A stretch of DNA of 64,000 nucleotides from contig OZ271854.1 in NCBI GenBank assembly GCA_965601925.1, positions 2,528,001 through 2,592,000 of the forward strand. Reading direction: 5' to 3'. The notes below the pieces were generated by a model, which saw only the letters and a program-made list of their open reading frames with translations, ran no database searches and was not told the DNA's origin. Shown piece by piece: positions 59,918 to 64,000 of the stretch (positions are counted from its first letter, which is position 1; each line of letters starts with the position of its first letter). The position numbers and the translations under genes are program-made. The DNA is from Alkalispirochaeta sp. GTDB lineage: Bacteria > Spirochaetota > Spirochaetia > DSM-27196 > Alkalispirochaetaceae.

Positions 59918-61078
59918 ATGCGCACGTTTTTAGAACTGCCCGTATTTCTCACTGAGCCGATTGCACTGGGAGTGGTTACGCTTCCCTTCTCCATTTTTGA
60001 GCTGGTCGCGGGGTTTGTGCTTCCGCTCGTGGGCATCGCCGCGGCGCTTCTTCTCGTCACTGTGCTCTTTCGACGCCTCATCCGGCGTTTTGATATCAAG
60101 GAGGGGACGCAGGACCGGGCGTTGCGCTGGCTGCGTCGCGGCGTGCGGATAAGCTGGCTCATCGCTTTGTTGGGGCTCTCCTCTCGCCTCCTTGGAGCAC
60201 AGCTTGCGCGTTGGATCGCCACGATCTTTCGCGTTCTCAATCAGCCCTTTTTCACCTCCGGCAACACCGCGATATCGGCGGTGACGCTCCTGCTCGTCAT
60301 ACCGGTCTTCTACTTCGCCGGGTGGCTCTCTCGTTTGAGCCGGCGGCTGCTTCAGCAAAACGTGTTCGGACGGTTCAACCTCGACCCGGCGCGCTCCTTC
60401 TCCTTTCTCAACGTCACGCGATTCGTCGTTTTGGGACTGACCATTATCGTCGGCTTGAGCGTGATCGGGATCGATCTCTCGTCTCTTGCCGTGCTGTTCG
60501 GTGTGCTCGGCATCGGTGTCGGCTTCGGCCTGCAAGACGCCGTCGCGAATATGTTTGCCGGCCTCGTCATCATCTTCTCGCGGCCGATCAAAGAGGGGGA
60601 TCGCGTACTCGTCGACGACGTCGAAGGGTCGGTACAACAGATCAAGATTCTCTACACCGTGGTAAATACCGTCACCAACGAGACGATTCTCATTCCCAAT
60701 GCGAAGATCACCGGGAACCCGATGCACAACTACTCCTACGACGACGTTCGCATCGTTATCTGCAACACCGTGCAGGTCGCCTACTCGAGTGACTTGGATC
60801 GTGTCGGCGAGGTGCTCTTGGACGTCGCGCGCCGTAACCCGTGGGCGGTTCCGGGAACGGAGCACCGCTATCAGGTCTGGTCGTTCGACGACTCGGGGAT
60901 TACCGTACGCCTATGCACCTGGATCGCGAATGCGACGGATCGTATTCCCGCATATAGTTGGACGAATCTTGAGATATGGCGGGCGTTTCGCACCGCGAAG
61001 GTCGAGATACCCTTTCCGCAGGTTGATCTCCACGTCAAAAATCGGGGGGACGTGCCCGACGTCCCTACCGACGCATAG
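59918..61078 (+). CDS. mscS: Small-conductance mechanosensitive channel (MscS family)
   Basis: GVLGIGVGFGLQ, RPIKEGD, IPNA, VAYSSD, FDDSG, IPFPQVDLH. Confidence 0.88.
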   Translation: MRTFLELPVFLTEPIALGVVTLPFSIFELVAGFVLPLVGIAAALLLVTVLFRRLIRRFDIKEGTQDRALRWLRRGVRISWLIALLGLSSRLLGAQLARWIATIFRVLNQPFFTSGNTAISAVTLLLVIPVFYFAGWLSRLSRRLLQQNVFGRFNLDPARSFSFLNVTRFVVLGLTIIVGLSVIGIDLSSLAVLFGVLGIGVGFGLQDAVANMFAGLVIIFSRPIKEGDRVLVDDVEGSVQQIKILYTVVNTVTNETILIPNAKITGNPMHNYSYDDVRIVICNTVQVAYSSDLDRVGEVLLDVARRNPWAVPGTEHRYQVWSFDDSGITVRLCTWIANATDRIPAYSWTNLEIWRAFRTAKVEIPFPQVDLHVKNRGDVPDVPTDA

Positions 61079-61128
61079 CCACGTACTGCACGACCGGATG
61101 TGAGCCGGACTACGGATGCGGCGAATCG

Positions 61129-61593
61129 TCAGGCCGAGATTTCGGCTCCCGATAGTATGCGTTCCACTTTTTCGCCGTTTTTTTCGACGATGCTTTGCAG
61201 CGTGATACTATCGAAGTAACCGAGAATGTGGTCGGAGACCTCTTGCCAGACGGAATAGACGATACACCGGTCCATACGATCGCACGGGTCGACGCCCTCG
61301 GTCGGGTTGCACGTGGTGCATGGGGTGAGATCCAAACCCTCGTCCACCGCAATGAAGATGTCTTTCATCGTGATTGACGACGGATCTTTTTCGAGAACGA
61401 AACCGCCGCCGGGACCGCGCACGGAGCCGATAACACCGGCCTTCTTCAACTTAAAGAAAATCTGTTCCAGAAACTCGGGAGAGATATCTTCTTCGGCCGC
61501 GATCACTTTGATAGGGCGCGGTTTCCCGTTAAACGATATTGCGAGATTCGTGAGGGCGCGCAGTGCATACCGGCCCTTTGTCGTTATCCTCAT
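61129..61593 (-). CDS. Rrf2-family (IscR-like) regulator
   Basis: MRITTKGRYAL, ISPEFLEQI, SVRGPGGGF; Cys cluster CTTC…C…C. Confidence 0.9.
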   Translation of the reverse strand: MRITTKGRYALRALTNLAISFNGKPRPIKVIAAEEDISPEFLEQIFFKLKKAGVIGSVRGPGGGFVLEKDPSSITMKDIFIAVDEGLDLTPCTTCNPTEGVDPCDRMDRCIVYSVWQEVSDHILGYFDSITLQSIVEKNGEKVERILSGAEISA

Positions 61594-61789
61594 GGATTCC
61601 TCCGAATGTGTAGTGCGTGGTGACGCTCAGTATAGAATGAATAACAAAAATGCTCAAGATTTTATTATCAATGCATCGGATATGTCCGTTTTCGTCTTCT
61701 GCATTCGGATGGTGACCGTCGTGGCAAACGCGGGGCCGACCAACTATCATTTATAGCGAGTCACTAATCAAGGCTAAAGCGAGGTACTC

Positions 61790-63412
61790 GTGGTCTCTTT
61801 CATTCGTAACGCCGGGTTCGGTATGCGTATTATTTTTTCGATTATCGTCTTTTTTTTGATCTTTTCGTCGGTAAACGTATGGTATTTCTCGCGCCAACTC
61901 ACGCTCTCGGCCGAGGAGAGTATGGTCGAACGGGCGCGATCGGTCTCCATCGTCGCCGAATCGATTCGAGACTCGGTGGGCGAGTTGTGGGGGAACGGCA
62001 GCGTCGACGGCGATGCGCTCTTTGCGGAGGCGAACGAGGCGTTGGCCGGCGTTCATAGTGCCGAGGAACGTTTGGAAATACTAGAAACCCAGCGCGTGTA
62101 CGACGCGATTCCTATCGTTCGGAGTTGGGAGGCGATCGAACAGAATGCCGAGGAGATCGGTGTCGAGTTCAAGGTTCTGTCACTCAGTGCCCGGAATCCG
62201 CGCAACAGCGCCGACGATACGGAGGCCGAGATTCTCGAGTTGATGCGCGAGGAGGGGGTGAGCGACTTTTGGCGTATCGAACCGCAGACCGATCAGTTGC
62301 GCTATGTTCGACGTATTACCGTGCAAGACAGCTGTCTCGTGTGTCACGGTGTCGGCGATTTCGATCCCGTCGGATTTCCGATGGAGGGCATGGCGATCGG
62401 CGACCAGCGAGGAGGGTTTCAGTTCCTCTTTTCATTGGACGACATGCATCGCCGTGTACGGTCCTCGGTTGCACGGACCCTCGGAATCACCCTCGTTTTG
62501 ATCGTGATCTTGAGCTTCTTCGTCCGTTTTCTCGTCTTTCGCCTCGCCGTCGAGCCGATGCGCAATCTTCGCGGTGCCGCGCAGCGCGTCGCCGAGGGCG
62601 AGTTGAACTTCGATATACCGCCGGCGCGCAATCCCGACGATATCGGACAGCTGCAGGATGCGATTCGGGAGATGATTACGAGGCTACGCGAAGTGGTTTC
62701 CGGCGTGCGAGACGGAGCGGAGTCGGTGGCGAGCCATGGGGTAGAGGTGAGCGGCAGCGCCGGCGCGTTGTCGGACGGAGCCACCACGCAGGCGTCGAGC
62801 TTAGAGGAGATCGCCGCCGCCATGGAGGAGACGGCCGCGAGCGTACACTCGAACGCCGAGAATGCCGCGGAGACCGAACGAATAGCCAACGAGGTCGCGC
62901 GGGAAGCGAAGGAGAGCGGCGAGGCGGTTCAGAATACCGCCGCCGCCATGGAAGAGATCGCTCGTCGTATCGGCATTATCGACGAGATCGCGCGCAATAC
63001 CAACTTGCTCGCTCTCAACGCGGCGATCGAAGCCGCGCGCGCCGGCGAGGCGGGGAAGGGGTTTGCCGTTGTTGCCGACGAAGTTCAGAAGTTGGCCGTG
63101 CGCTCCAAGGAGGCGGCGGCGGAGATCAGCTCCTTATCGAAGGCCAATCTCATCGTCGCCCGCGACGCAGCCACACGCATCCGGGAGAGTCTACCGGAAA
63201 TCGAACGGACGGCGCTGCTCGTATCGCAGATCAGCATCGCAAGCGGTGAGCAGAGTCACGGCGTCGAGGAGATTAATCAGTCTCTCCAGAGTCTGGACCA
63301 CGTCGTACAGCAAAACGCCACCTCGTCCGGCGAGCTGGCCGACACGGCTCGGGAACTCGCCGAGCAGGTGCGGTATCTTCGTGAACGCATCGCCTTCTTC
63401 GACGACGAGTAG
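61790..63412 (+). CDS. Methyl-accepting chemotaxis protein with periplasmic c-type heme (DUF3365-like) sensor
   Basis: Two TMs, ARNPRN, CLVCHG, HAMP domain, [29 protein letters not shown]. Confidence 0.9.
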   Translation: MVSFIRNAGFGMRIIFSIIVFFLIFSSVNVWYFSRQLTLSAEESMVERARSVSIVAESIRDSVGELWGNGSVDGDALFAEANEALAGVHSAEERLEILETQRVYDAIPIVRSWEAIEQNAEEIGVEFKVLSLSARNPRNSADDTEAEILELMREEGVSDFWRIEPQTDQLRYVRRITVQDSCLVCHGVGDFDPVGFPMEGMAIGDQRGGFQFLFSLDDMHRRVRSSVARTLGITLVLIVILSFFVRFLVFRLAVEPMRNLRGAAQRVAEGELNFDIPPARNPDDIGQLQDAIREMITRLREVVSGVRDGAESVASHGVEVSGSAGALSDGATTQASSLEEIAAAMEETAASVHSNAENAAETERIANEVAREAKESGEAVQNTAAAMEEIARRIGIIDEIARNTNLLALNAAIEAARAGEAGKGFAVVADEVQKLAVRSKEAAAEISSLSKANLIVARDAATRIRESLPEIERTALLVSQISIASGEQSHGVEEINQSLQSLDHVVQQNATSSGELADTARELAEQVRYLRERIAFFDDE

Positions 63413-63577
63413 GCCGTGACCGTCCCACGCCGCGCGTATGCCGAGATCTCGTTCATGTGTATTTCTTACCGGTCAGAAATAAACATTTCGTTACAATCGC
63501 CTCCTGCCGTTGTCCGCGCTTTCGAGCGTTACTATATTCCGTCGCACATATCATCTTTGTGTTAGGGGGTTAGCCGA

Positions 63578-63943
63578 GTGGCTACGAACAGAGCTCGAAA
63601 CATCACCGGTTGGATACTGGCGGGAATACTCACCCTTCTCATGACTCTGAGCGCCGTGAGTAAGTTCGCCGGTGCCGCCGAGCCGCTTATCGCGATGGGA
63701 CTCGGAGATAGACTCGTGATGATAGGTATCGGCGAGTTGATAACGGCCGTGTTGTTTTTGATCCCAATGACGCTTCCCGCCGGAGCGTTTCTCCAAAGCG
63801 CATACTGGGGCGGTGCGATTGCCGCTCATATGATCGACGGTACGCCGTTCCTCGGACCGGCGATCTTCCTCGTTCTTGTGTGGGTTATCACGGTAATCCG
63901 ACGGCCGGAAATGTTCGCCGGTCTTCTCCCAAGCAAACGGTAG
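63578..63943 (+). CDS. DoxX-family membrane protein
   Basis: Four hydrophobic segments, SAVSKF, IGIGEL, YWGGAIAAH. Confidence 0.75.
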   Translation: MATNRARNITGWILAGILTLLMTLSAVSKFAGAAEPLIAMGLGDRLVMIGIGELITAVLFLIPMTLPAGAFLQSAYWGGAIAAHMIDGTPFLGPAIFLVLVWVITVIRRPEMFAGLLPSKR

Positions 63944-64000
63944 GGAGGCGGTTGACGCCCGGCCGGAAACGAACCACGGTGTAATGTGTGGCGATTGTGG

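Overview
A 64-kb chromosomal window from a free-living, probably anaerobic spirochaete (Spirochaetaceae). The evidence is the 16S signature GCAGCTAAGAATCTTCCGCAATG, a flagellar-collar FlcA-like gene and a tRNA-Ala-only ITS. Left half: flcA-like gene (5'-truncated), manC, a strongly promoted outer-membrane beta-barrel, ssb, a complete trpE-GD-CF-B-A operon preceded by a WWW leader peptide and attenuator missing from the ORF track, trxA, a Crp-family gene, glmS, aminopeptidase P and a full rRNA operon. Middle: an RTG-motif class A beta-lactamase, a TetR/hydrolase pair, a GAF histidine kinase, a NifJ-type pyruvate oxidoreductase lacking its 2x[4Fe-4S] ferredoxin domain, a glucosylglycerate phosphorylase/GT4 cluster and a patatin-beta-barrel. 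Main discovery (about 45.2-58.9 kb): a bacterial microcompartment locus with a Haliangium-type shell (1 BMC-H, 2 BMC-T, 3 BMC-P). Its acylating aldehyde dehydrogenase and class II aldolase carry predicted encapsulation peptides. It is co-located with mtnK, mtnA, a sugar ABC importer and a DeoR regulator, which suggests an encapsulated DHAP shunt for SAM by-products (5-methylthioribose/5-deoxyribose). A divergent CoA-transferase-fold pair lacks the canonical catalytic Glu. At least nine genes look leaderless. No CRISPR array or transposase was seen. All family calls come from motif recognition by eye; no searches were run.
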